Part shown: piece by piece, positions 26,401 through 40,100 of the stretch | Numbering within the stretch: position 1 is the stretch's first letter | Layout: every line of letters begins with the position of its first letter | Assembly (NCBI GenBank): GCA_965644265.1 | Contig: OZ286476.1 | Coordinates: forward strand, 20,026,001 to 20,090,000 | Source: Glycera tridactyla | Taxonomy: Eukaryota | Length of the DNA: 64,000 bases | Direction of reading: 5' to 3' | Notes under the pieces: generated by a model | What the model was told of the DNA's origin: nothing | Databases searched by the model: none | Seen by the model: the letters and a program-made list of their open reading frames with translations, nothing else | Program-made: the position numbers and the translations under genes

Positions 26401-29400
26401 AGAAATCATCTGATTTCTTGTGGATTTGAACGAGGATCTCTGCCTAGCCTTTGAAGAAGCAAGCTGTCTATCTCCATGTGCCTATATTATTCCTTTATAT
26501 GCTCAGACACTGTCAGGGTTTCTTTTGGAGATTGATTTAGCTTATTTCATGATTGTGCTCAAAATCATCCAAGTTATGTGGTATGTGAGTTGATCCCTGT
26601 CTTGGTTTTCCACTACTGAGACTAGCGACTGTATCAGGTTCATTCTCTGAACAGCACATCCAAGGAAATATATTACAGTCGAAAGCCACATCATGCAATT
26701 GCTGGTCTATTTTGTAATTGATCAGCCATATCTCATTTGTACAAGGAAGCCAGGTGCCACCCAACCAATTTTGTGGAAGTAATAATGTTGTTTGGTGTGT
26801 GCTCAGTTCTGTGCATGTCTTTTACTGCATCTTATTCCCACCTTATCTGCATTCAATGTTTGTGCACTTCAGTGTTGAAGGATTTCATCTGGGTAATGCA
26901 AATGTGCAGGGTGTTGTATTCAAGGCAAGGGTGCAAAGTATCAAAGATTATGGGGAAGGAAATTCAAGAGTGTATTTTTCTGCACCAAAATGGGTGGTAC
27001 ATGTTGAGCATTTGGCCATCCTCGGCCAGTTTCCACTCTACTGAAAATGCTGAATTCAAGAATTTATCCAATGATATAATGAACTGAACCATTTCAGTCA
27101 TAAACACCAGAAATGGAAAAGATTCTGCTATTGTGATGGCGTAATTCATCGAAATAACAAAAAAAAAGAGCAGAAAATTCTACACAGTAGAGATGTAGAT
27201 AACACATATTTCTACTCCACAGCTGCTCTGTGTTTGAATTCCATCTCAGTGGCAACTCGTAAAAAGTAAATAATGTTTGGAATCGCATAATTTACTTTAT
27301 CAGGTGAAAGTTATCTTGGCTATGGTACTTGCTTATCATAAATATCGTCTCAGAACAGACTCATGTATCCATCCATTGACGAACTTCACGATTCTCAGTA
27401 ACTTGATTTTCAGTACCCTTTTTAGGGGTCAGGGATTTCAGTTCACTTTATCCCGCAATTGGGTCTATGGAAAACTACACTTTGGCTTGGTTCCCTGGCA
27501 CATAAATGGAAATCTTCTTGGTTCTGCACAAACAGTTTACGACTCATTTTTGACTTTGGTGTGTGTTGCATGTTTTTATTTGCTTGCATGTCCTCTCTGT
27601 GTGAATTACAGATGAGCAGAGACAACGTAAGCGAGAGCGTGAATTTTCCCTGTCAAAGCTACGAGAATTGCGTGAACGCAGTCCCCGAAAGTTGGAACCA
27701 GCATTGAGGTTGAAATTTGAGAAGACCAAAACAATTGCCTCCCCAGATGTTCAAGATGCTGGCAGTGTTAAAGTGGGAGTTGTCCCAAAAACAGTCCAAA
27801 AAGATGAGGAATTACCTCAGAAGAAGCAGGAAAAATCTTTCTCTGAGATAGAAGTTAGGTCAACCTCCTCGGTCTCATCTATAGAAGACACTGATCCCGT
27901 GGAGGAGGAGGTTGTGAGTGCTACTGAAGTGACTAAACCAAACTCCAATATTGACTTCTCCAACATCAAAATGACTGTGCCACTACAAGCACAGAGCATC
28001 TCAGTGGTTGAAACTTCCCATTCAGTAATTGATGATGACGCAAAGCAAGCAGTCGTTACACCAATCCAAGAGAGGAATCCTTTGGAGGTTACCATTAGTG
28101 AAGTTAAAACTATGAAAGAGCCAGTTGTGATACGTGCAAGATATCCAATTGATGATGGAGATGAATTACCGACACGTAAAAGAGAGAAAGTTGTGAAAAA
28201 GGTAGAATCAATAATCATGGCCAATGGTGAATCAGGGCCTAAACCCCCTTACAGGACATTAGTCGATATCAAATCTGATGATGTACCAAAGCCAGTGGTT
28301 CCAGAAGTGGAAGCAAAACCTCAGCGGAAGACGCGAATATGGTGGACAGAACTTGATGATGAGGAAAGTCGGCTTGCTCAAAATGCTCTCGAATCTTCAT
28401 CAGAAGTTCCTCCGAAGGAGATTCAAATTCCTGAGCAAAAACTGGAAGAGCCAGTGCCAGTTACAGCAGAGGAAATGCCATCGCAGTCTGAGGAAAATCA
28501 GCTGCTTCAATATATTGCCACGATCACCTCTACCGACTCATTCGAGACAGCTCTTTCTGAACAACTACAAGGTGATAAATTTGGACGCAAGCTATCTGAA
28601 TCAAGCTCAAGCACCTCAGAATCAAGTGATGGCGGAAGTTCAGTCATAGACACATCTGATATTGATTCCAAATACAAAATAAGTCAATTGGTGAAAGAGA
28701 AAACTGATGTCAAACGGGATGTTCTGTCACCAATCAAATCACCAGTGACAGAATCTGAATCTGAAGAGAGTATCAAAAGTGTGGAAATGAAAGAAATTCC
28801 CAAAAAAGACGAAGATCCTCTGTCTGATACTCAGACATCAGATCATACTCAGGATCATTACGATTCAACCGAAGATGTGAAAGATGTTGCACATCAGGAT
28901 GACCATGTTAGGGAAACAACTACTGATGATCAAGATCCGTCTCCAGACGAAGACGATCTTCGAGATACAGACAATAGTAGATTCGCTGATCAGTCAGCTG
29001 AAGCATTCTCATCAGATGATGATGAAGATGAAATATCGCAAGAATCGAAACCGATGACTCCGATTATTGTCGTGGAAGAGGAGTACAATGTTCATGCCAC
29101 ACCACATGGAGTACCGCCACTTGACCTTGAGCAGTTGGATAGTAGCGAGAACGGGTGGTCAACCAAGGACGATGATGAAGATGAGGAGCTGGAGCTGTTG
29201 AAAGAGGATGAGGATGATGATGATTTCACGGAGGAAGATCTCCCGCCTGTTGTTGGGCAACCCCCACCCTATGTCCCATCAGCAACTGAATCGGACGAAG
29301 ATGGTGAGGAGTATACGGAAACCGTCATAGAGAGCAATGTAACAGAGCAAGTTTACAATATGCAATCATCTGATGGGGAATGGACTAATGGTATTGCTCA

Positions 29401-32400
29401 ATATACACGCAAAGTAATAGACAAATATGACCAACAAATGCCTTCCCCCGGTGAGAATGGGATAAATCTTACAGAAACATCAATTGTCACCAATGAGATA
29501 CCATCTGAGATACCGCAGACCAACACTGTTACAGAGAGAGGGCGACATGCCATCATAACCAAAACAGAACCTAGTGTTTTGGAAACGATTAAAATTGAAG
29601 CTCACATCATCAGAGATGACAAAGCTTCACCAAAGTTTTCAGTTTTCAAATCTTCAACTGAAAAAGGATCAGAGGAAGCTGGTGATTATGAGGTCCAGAC
29701 ACGAGAGATCCATCCTGAGGAAGATGAGACCACATATGAAGTGAATGTCAGGCCCGAGACCCTCCTTGATTGGCAGCAACAACTCCAACGGGGCTCTCAC
29801 CTCAAATATGAAGCAGATAAAACCGTCAGAACAGAAGAAATGCAAATACTTGATGAGGTAACGGTTGAAACCAAGGTCAAGCAGGTCAAAACAATAAAGA
29901 TGGAGATGACGAATACAGGAGACTTTTCTGTTGAAGAAACCACAGAAGTTCAGACAGACACCGATATGTCTGAACACCGTCAGAGCAAAGAACGAGAACA
30001 AACTGTCATCCTCCACACCGTGGCTGATAAGTCAGAAGGTAGCCATCTTGACCTGCCCGAGATCATTCCAGCTCTCACTGGACGCAGTGATGCTTCAGAT
30101 TTTTCAGCGCGTAGTGACATTTCTGCACAGAGTGATCACAGTGGAGATCGATCATTCAGTAACCTTAGCAACCATGGTGCGTCACTAAGCAACCAGTCTG
30201 ACCACTCATCACTCAACAGCGAGAACGTCCCATTTGAGGAGTTCAAAACAATCATTGATGCATCTGATTCTTCTGAAGAGCCTTATGTGTGTATCGCAAT
30301 CAGTTCATATGACCCTGAGAATGCTGAGGTCATGTCACTACATGAAGGTGAAAAGGTCGAGGTACTCGACGATGTTCAAGATGACTGGTGGTATGTGCGG
30401 AAGCTATTTGACCAGCGGGAAGGATGGGTGCCGGGACAGTTCCTACGAGAACGCGACGTGTTTGAAAACATGGTGGACTCCCAGCTCAAGCAAGCTATAG
30501 ATACTCTGCCATCTCAATCAAGTAAGAACCTCCATAATGGATCCAATAATACATTTATAATGACAGCAGGAATAAGTTTTAGACAAGAAATCTCTGTAAT
30601 GTACATTTTTCATTGAAGCACAAGCACCACACTATCACAAGTGTTGTACAGTCCACTCTATCTATCTTCTGATCTATTTTTTCCTCCAATATTTCAAGAA
30701 TTAGGACTGCACAGGCTGTGGTGTAACTTTTCCTAAATTTCGGAAAAATTATTAGTGTTGCGCAGTAGAAATATCATCATAAGTCAAGTGTCTTAGTTTT
30801 ATTGTTTTATGGTCAAGGGCCCTACATTGGCCAAACTATTCAGGAGCAGGCTGGCCCCTGAGTTGATATTTTTGGTAGCCAATCAGTACATTGTGAATGA
30901 CAACATCTCAAAATTTCAGGCCCCTTGGTTTCTGACTTTTGAAATATGGTAGCCAGAGGGTAGATTTGGTAGCCATTGGCTACTCACAGGTAGCAAGATA
31001 AAGAGCCCTGTGGTTCATGTGAGACTATGCTCAAAGTCAAAATCCATCATCATATAATGAAATCCATCCATCCAATCAATGTTGATGGAAATTCTCGAAA
31101 ATCATCTTCATTCAAAAGTAACAAACGATAGAAAACTATTAGTATTATTAAGATACGAGGTTTATCCCTTGGCCTCCTGGATTGAAGAAACATTCAGCAT
31201 CAATTGATCAGTTAGTCAATCAATCAATCAATCAATCACTCAATCCTTGTCTTTAGCTCTTCATGTTAGGTTTCCATCCAGGATGGATCAAAAAGGTGAT
31301 GAGTGACGAGGGTCACAAGGAAAGTGGAGCTGAACTTGCTTTGATATATTAATCATTCAAATTTCTTGGCTCATGGTTCCTTTAATTGTGGAATATGTTG
31401 CACAGGGTTGAGGTTAGTGAGCAGTTGATTGCTTTGGCACTCTGGTTCTCAACAGATCCTTTTGTATCTCTATGGATGGTTCAGGTGTTTGAATATTGTC
31501 TCAGCACTCTATTCAAAAAGCATTTCAAATGTCATGTGCTTCTGAGTGTTTTGGAGATGGAACTATATCTTCTCAATCGAAGATCCAATGAGATAAGGAT
31601 TATATCTGTCAAAGGAAAGACCTTATAGATAAAATTATTTCATGTGATTAAAAACCATAGAGATTAGGTTTATTTCATGTTAATGGAAAACCATCTATAT
31701 AAGGATGATATCACATTTGAGGCATGTTTAAAGAAATAAGTGCAATTGTNNNNNNNNNNNNNNNNNNNNNNNNNNNNNNNNNNNNNNNNNNNNNNNNNNN
31801 NNNNNNNNNNNNNNNNNNNNNNNNNNNNNNNNNNNNNNNNNNNNNNNNNNNNNNNNNNNNNNNNNNNNNNNNNNNNNNNTGTTTGTGTGTGCATATTTAA
31901 ACCTTGTGAATACTAACATGTCTGTCTGTCCCCCGATCCTGTTATCCACAGAGGAAGATTTTGAGGGTGAACCGCTAGCCCCCGAGATCGGCCGGCCTCT
32001 TTCTGGCATGCATGCACCAGATGGCAGCGAGGTGCAGTTTGATTGCATTATCACCGGCAACCCCGCGCCAACCATCGCCTGGTTTCACGAGAGCTCTCTG
32101 ATCTCACCCGGGGACGATTTCATTCAGAGCTATGATGAAGAGAACAAAAAATGTACTCTTATTATCCGTGAAGTGTTCCCCGAAGACACTGGCCGCTATA
32201 CGGTTGTTGCGAAAAATCTTATGGGTACGGCAACCTGCTCTGCTGAGCTCATTGTCGAGGAAGGTGAGCGTAAATCTTGACTCTCACGAGTGTAATCTCA
32301 ATGGCAATCTCACAAATATCTACATTTAAAAAAATTGGAAGTTTTTCCCTCTGAGAGAAAGAGATTCACTGGGAATCTGGGTTCACCCATGGGAGGATTC

Positions 32401-34005
32401 CATGTTAATTCAGGTGAAATGAAAGTCTCGGTTTATTTGAATGCATGTTTTCCAGTTTGTGCTTATCATTGTTTAGATTTATTTAATCCATCTTGCATGG
32501 TGTGATTTTTTTAATGTGTGCTTGTAATTGTATTCCCTCCTGATATAATGGCTTTCTTAAGTGTTTGTTTTATGTGAACTTGAGAGTAGCATGGTTAGTG
32601 TTCCTTACCTTCTCAGGTATGAGTCCATGACCTTGGGACAATCATAAGAATTCACAAGATAGACCCTTGTAGTAATTCCACGATCAGGTCCACTATGTGA
32701 TGTCCCTATTCAAGTCCTTAGATATTGCTCATATGTTTGTGAATTAGTGTTGTGAAACTAGTTTCCCTCATTATCTATAAGCTAACTACTCAATATCATA
32801 TATATGTATAGTCATAGATTATTGATAAGTTGGTCTATGCTGTTGATATCTAGAATTTTACAGCTTTTTTATACCCCTGTTTTTTTCTCATGTTTTCTTG
32901 AATTGCTCAGCTGATGATGATTCATGTATTGTTCATTCACAATGAAAACTTTCTTACTCTATTTGTTAGTGTTAGGGAATAATATTAGGATAATGAGCAT
33001 CTGGACATATTTCAATTGATTTTGATATCATAATCAATGTTTAGTCAACATTTTGAAAAGAAAGATTTAATGTATGTGTGTTGACTGGTGTGGATATAGG
33101 AGTGGGAGATTTTGTATTGAATATGCTCGGAAAGCAGTCTCCTGTCTGCAGCAGGTCCTTTATCCCACTTGACAACCCTTCAGGTTCCCTATCATCTTGT
33201 GTTCAGGGTTTGTGAGAGTGATGCCTGCAGGGGAGAGAATATCCAGCTTTCATTAACCAGGAACACACGGCATACAATTATAATTGCGGTGTTTTTGGCT
33301 CAAGTAAAAGACAATATGGCTTATTTGTTGTTCTTCCTGTGATTTTTTTCAGCACCCGAGCAGCAGGTGGTGGAGGGTATGGCACCCCAGTTGGTGCAGA
33401 AACCTAAACCACAGGTCGTCAACGAGGGCGAGGATGTTACATTCGAATGTCGTCTCGTTGCTAACCCCCAACCAGAGGTTGGTCAATGTTTTATTGTTGC
33501 TTGACTGTTACTTGTGGATGATTATGTTTATCAAGCTGCCCTCATCTATTGCAAATCCATTAGATGCTTATTGTATGACAGCATTCATGATAGCCCTGAA
33601 AATGAACGTCTTATAATGGGTAGAACAACACATTTCAGTATACAGACAGAAAGCCAACACATTTTCATTGAATCTAANNNNNNNNNNNNNNNNNNNNNNN
33701 NNNNNNNNNNNNNNNNNNNNNNNNNNNNNNNNNNNNNNNNNNNNNNNNNNNNNNNNNNNNNNNNNNNNNNNNNNNNNNNNNNNNNNNNNNNNNNNNNNNN
33801 NNNNNNNNNNNNNNNNNNNNNNNNNNNNNNNNNNNNNNNNNNNNNNNNNNNNNNNNNNNNNNNNNNNNNNNNNNNNNNGTGAATTTCTTCCATGCTATTG
33901 TACATGGCTATCTAAGTATACACATGTATGCATGCACATGCATTTATACAGAAGTGTGTACAAGCGTATACATGCATGCATGGATATGCTCTCTGTCTGG
34001 CTCTT

Positions 34006-34045
<40 letters not shown>

Positions 34046-34078
34046 GGTCTCTTTCTCTGTCTCTCTGTCCACACAATA

Positions 34079-34117
<39 letters not shown>

Positions 34118-37100
34118 ACCACACACACACACACACACACACACCCCAGTTTTTCATGGCTTCTTTTTCATGCTTCAGATGCAATGGTGCAAGGAGGATC
34201 TGATTATCTTCACAACCGAAGGTCGTTACAAGGTCGAGGTGACACAGGATGTCCACATGTACACCGTAACCTTGATCATCTACAAGGTCACCCAGCAAGA
34301 TAGTGGAAATTACACTCTCACAGTCCGTAACGATTATGGTGAACTCAGAGCCAATGTGTCTCTTGCCCTTCACCGTAAGTTGAACATTTTATGTATTGAT
34401 TAATTCTCTTTACTTTGAATCCCATAAGTCATTACTCTGATTGAGAGAAATACAATGAAGTCTGCGCTCCTGATGCATTCACTTGTACTACATTTTGAGA
34501 TAACGCAGTCAGTTATATCATCAGTAGCACCATTTGTAGTTTTGTATGTAGGTAGAGGTGTTTCTGAGCTTACATTCATTTTCGACAAGCTTTCTTGTTC
34601 CTCATTACTCTGTGTTCAGGGCTTGTGAAAGTGATGCTCACATGGGACAGAGCATCCAGCTCTCGAATATCTGGAACATGCAGCATGCAATCAATCAATC
34701 AATCAATCAACCAATTAGTCAATTTCAACGAATCCTCGCCCCTACCTATATTTTCTCTGTATATTTTGCTGAAGTTACTGAAATTTCACTCCTGAAAAGT
34801 GCATCTTTCAATGGTGTTGTAAATCAGCTGGTTAATTCAGTGGCAAATGTCACCAAAGCCTTTTCCCCACAACCAATTCCATACTGGGCTTTTTGTAGAC
34901 CAAAATAGTATTGTCAAACCTGTATAAACCAGCCAGTCCCAGAAGGGCAGAGAGTGGTTGCTCAAGACATGTGAAGTTATTGTGAAATTATTCTAGCAGG
35001 AAATCAGAAGTTGTTACACATGGTTGCTCAATCCAAGTTCAACAGTAGTCTGTTATTTTTCCTTTTTTTTTTTGGGGGGGGGGGGGGACATTCATATTGC
35101 ACAATTCAATTACATGTGTTAGAAACACATTGAATCTTATATGTTTCTCTCTGATTTGCAGATGTTGAGAAGACAGTTGAGCTCCAAAAGTAAGTTATCA
35201 TTATTAGTTTTTTCTTCAAGTATATGCAATATATTGAATTTGTTCTGGTTTTGACTGTGTGCACAACACAACTTATAATTTTTGGTAAACTGCTCAACTT
35301 TTATGCGAATATTTATACTCGTTCACAAATAAAAGATCCATTACATGTATCCTCAAAAGAGTAGGGGATTAACCTCAGACAGAAATGCTTTTCTCTCACA
35401 GTATCACTCTTATAAAACAGTATAAATCTGGATTAAAATATCTGAATCAAAATCAGCTTAAAACTCTTAATTTTATGAACATTGATATCCCAACTCCCTT
35501 CCCTTTGCTGGAAGGTACATAAGGTTGAAAATGTATCATGTTCTCATATGAACTATCATTATGTGTTGTTAGTTCAGTTCATTTGCCTGGCATGCAAGGG
35601 CAGAGCCCAGGAAATGTTCAGCCTGCCTTTGTGGCTCAGTGGTGATGTACTGGGCCGGCGTGCGATGGGTCTGGGGTTCGAACACCAGTCCTACCATGCA
35701 GAAACGTTTCACCCTTCATCTTCGATCCTCCTTGGCAGGTGGTCTGATTTAGCCTACTCAAGTGCAGAAAGTGGACCTAAAACCTCAACATTTCCATTAC
35801 TGAAACATGAGATGCATACTGAAAAGATGCATAGAGGATTACAGTGGTAATGGCGTCAGTTTGAGCAGTTTACCAATGATCAAACCTAGCTTGTTACCAG
35901 AATGAATTCATATAGACATTACTGCCTGCTTTTAGATTGCTCCTTGCTTATGATATTGAGCCATATATTATGCTTTTGCATTATATTCACCAAATTGAGT
36001 CACTTAAATCACATGATGAGGATATGCCTTATCATTCAATCTATTACAGGTTTATATAACCCTGTCTGGATTGGAGGGATGTGAAGCATTACTCGGTCAA
36101 TCAAACAATCAATTCATAACAATGTATCTGATAATTGACCCATCCATTCAACCTAATAAAATCCTAGTATTTGGTGTCTTGGATGATATTGTAGAATATA
36201 TAAATGGTCTATCAGATGTACATTGTATTTACTGCTCGGCAATCATATATTTACCACTCTAGTATTTCACATTATGTTGTATACCTTTGTAATAATTCTC
36301 ACAAAATATCTGTTCCGAGGTATTATATGTCAGTGGGCCACCATCTCGCTGTGTTTATCCCACCAGCAATCACAGCCAGGTATCTCTGACCTGTAATAAA
36401 TGCATACCAAGAAATATCTATGTACAATGATTAAAAAAATTCATCACCATTGAATATCAAAAATGATTTTGTCGAATCATTAAAATGAAGATCAATATTT
36501 TGCTTGCATTAATTGCATGGTTTTGTTAGAAGTAGATTGTTTTGTTTCATTGTTGGGATTTGTATTTTGATGAGAATCATTCATGTATCTTTGTGAGCTT
36601 TTCTCTGCCTTTGCTCTCACAGTGTTCTACCAAAGACATCAATATATGTCTGTTATACTCTCTTAGTCAGTATGACAATTCTGCTAGCTTTTTAATTTTT
36701 CACTTAATGGAACAGGCTCGTATGATCCAATTCAGGCTGATCGCATTGGCATCTCAATCGAGCCCAGATAATGCACGATGGGGTACAGCCCCAAACAAAG
36801 TCTGAATACTGCTCTGCTTGGAAGCTACCTGTCTCCAGCGAGTAGCATATTAAGGGTAAATTGGAGGTTGTATATAGTACCACTATATGCATTGCAATCC
36901 CCCTATGACTTGCTACATGGGTGCATACCTATTTACTAGTCTCTGTTCCTAGTGTCGTGAGGATTTTGAATGGACCTCTCATGTACTTTGGTTATTGAGA
37001 AAATCAGCTTCAGTTGCATTCAACTGAATCTCAATTAAAACTTTTTCATCATTGATGATCGACTTACTATCATAAGATAATCCAAGATTCAGTGGTAAAA

Positions 37101-40100
37101 TAGTCTGAGGAGAGGATCGATAGAAATTGAATCACAACTTCTATCTGACATCCAGATGTTGGAAGGTGGAATAGAAATTGAATTACAACTTTTATCTGAC
37201 ATCCAGATGTTGAAAGGTGGAACACTGTTACAATCCTCACCAGCTTCTCTTATAATCACTCTCGCATTGACAGCACATTGCATGCTTTTCATCAGCATTC
37301 ATCATTATCTTAACCAATGACAGTCTTAACATTTTCATATTGCATGCATATCATTAACATACATTAAATCATGCATCTACTAAACCAATCAGGGACCCCT
37401 TTCTTCATGGAGCTACTTCAAAACTGTCAACTCTCTGCTCTGGTTTAAAAACTGACTGAATATGTAGCTGATAAATGTGTAATTTTCAAATTACCCTTTA
37501 TCAGGAGAAATGTGGATTCTCTCCGGAGTAATCGCTCACAAAAAGATTACCGAGGGATTCTGAAATACTCGGATGAAGCTCATGGAGGTGTTGGATATCG
37601 GACACAACAACGAGAGCAACAAAGACTTTTCAAATCCACAGATAAGGCAGAATATGATATGCCTTCTCAAAAAGTAGAAGATGGCGATTTTACCAGGATG
37701 TTGCATCGCAAAACTAAAACAAAGGAAGGCGTAAGATTTGAAACAGAACAAAAGGACTTTCGTTCAATTTTGAAAAAGTCCAAACCAACAAAGGAGGGTG
37801 TCATTCATGGCACAGAACAGAAAGACTTTCGAAGTCACCTCACGCATCCAACAAAAACCAAAGAGGGCATCCGTCATGAAACGGAGCAACTCGACTTTCG
37901 TGATCAGTTGAAGAATCCAATAGATACTAAAGTGGGTGAGACTTTTGAGTCAAAACAGAAGGACTTCCGTGGAGTACTTAAGGGGTTTGGTAAAACGCAG
38001 AGCAAGTAAGTACAACGCACAAAGAAGTCTGATTGTCATAGTAACCGAATCACAGATACACACTTGCACTTACATTGGTGCTTACACTCTTTGCAGTAGT
38101 TTTTCACTTTTAGTAATTTGCATGCTTTAGTATTCATAATTTAGCTTCAGATGTAGATTGATTTTTGCATGGTTTGAAGTTCACCTTACCTGGATTGAAA
38201 TCAATATTCATGGATTTGTTTATAAAAAACGGATTTCTCAAATTCCCAGTTGCTATATAGCCCATGCGGTTTTTGCTCACCTACTGTAGATATCTGTGAT
38301 GCAATGAATCTTGAGGTGCTTATGAATTCTAGTATCACACATCATATACAAATTGAGTGGGAACATATTCAAAGCAATATGGTATATATTTGGCTTTGGG
38401 ATTTTGTTTTCATTTAAGACACCTCAATCTATCTTCATATTGGTGTTCAAAGATGCATCCAGGGAGATTTCATGTCACTATCGGTGTATTGGATGCATCT
38501 TGGGAGTGCAGAATTTTTATTTTGGGGTACTCGAAGGCATCATATTCATATTTCACTATGTTGGTTTGATTGGAAGGATGTGGTAGTCAAACCTGTTCTA
38601 ATTAGCTGTCCTTGGGAATGGCAAAAAAAGGCACACTGTGAAAAGAACCTCTGGTGGGAACTCTAATTGTGACTCCTTGACCAGTGGTCAAGGAATTTTA
38701 TGCAGGAACAAGGTCCCTACTCTGTCAAATTTTGGGACAACCGCAATCCGAGATGTAACCCTGTGTTTGGATGGTATAGTGTTGTGATTTATGAATTCCC
38801 TGAAACTGCATTACTTTTTGAATTCAGCCTCTCCCCGAAAAGCAAAAACCAACAACTTGAGCCTGATCACGAAAAACGGATGATTTAAAAAAAAATGTGA
38901 TTTGTACATTTCAATGGTGCATTGTGAAACATAGTTTCATTCTAACGTTGAATCATGTCCGAGTTGTGGATTTCTTTCGTTGTGTTTAAGTGTTCATTTT
39001 TCCCTCTGTTTAGGACTGAGATGACAACAACGCAGATTATTCAGGGTCCAACTGACCAGGTTGTCCACGAAGGTGAGGCAGCGTATTTCTCTTGTGTTGT
39101 GCATGGTGTGCCTCCACCGCATGTTGCATGGTATTTTGAAGGCGACCCCATCGGCGACAGCGACATCTATCGGTTCGACGAGCATCCAGAAGAGGGTCGC
39201 TACACGCTGCACATCCCGGAGGCATTCCCCGAGGATGCCGGGGAGTATACTGTGCGCGTTCAGAATGAGCATGGTTCTCGTGAAGCATCCGCTACGCTCA
39301 CCGTCGAGGGTGAGTGTGTGGTCTTAGCTGTAACCCTTCCCCAAATGATTACAGAAAAACCCATCTTAGGAGACCAGCCCAAACGCTATGTACAAGCTGT
39401 CTCTCAAGACCGGTGGTCTCTCATTGGAGGTATACTGACCATACCGATAGAAAATAAGTAGCAGTGTCTCTGAAGAGGGCAGTTTCCCAAAACAGGGGTC
39501 TCTCAAAACAGGTTCCACTGTACCTACAGTATTATATGAAATTCAAATGATAGTGGAGTGTCAGTGGAGTAGAAATCACCATTCGATTTTCATGAAATTC
39601 CATCCTCTATTGGAGGTCCTCAAGAAGGAATCAAGAATTCTTTCATACCATATATAGGATACGTAACAGACCGTAAAATACTGGAAAAAATGCCAATAAC
39701 ATTTCTTTTACAAACTCATCCATGTGTGATGTGATGAGAAATGGTAATGAGCTGAGGCTCACCCAAAAACTTGATTTGATTTCCATTCTTGATACAGTAA
39801 AACCTGTCTTGGGAGACCGCCCCAAATGCCAACGAAAGGTGGTCTCTCAAGACAGGTGGTCTCTCATTAGAGGTATATTTGACTATGTCAATTAGAGAAG
39901 AGCCGATAAAGAGTGGTCTCCCATTAGAGGGTGGTCTCCCAAAAGAGGGGTCTCCCAAGACAGGTTTCACTGTAGTATCAAAAACAGGGGGGAAAATTCC
40001 TTCCGTGTTTCTTGGAGGTAGGTCAAGGTGAGCTGACGGTCACATCCATTGGCAACACTTTTACTTCCTCATCATCTTGTGCTCAGGGTTTGTGAGAGTG

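Noticed and set aside
26873-26996. Possible exon VEGFHLGNANVQGVVFKARV...
   Set aside because: Phase-2 start and phase-0 donors cannot connect to the phase-1 neighbours.
35622-35695. Functional tRNA gene
   Set aside because: A and B boxes are present but acceptor and anticodon stems do not pair; treated as a SINE head or pseudogene.
36716-36805. Acceptor aacag followed by GC-richer sequence
   Set aside because: The phase-1 frame stops after 18 codons and no suitable donor was found.
30281-39309. Assignment as UNC-89/obscurin
   Set aside because: No DH-PH module follows the SH3; Ig domains follow directly, closer to an Sls/titin-like arrangement. No gene symbol assigned.
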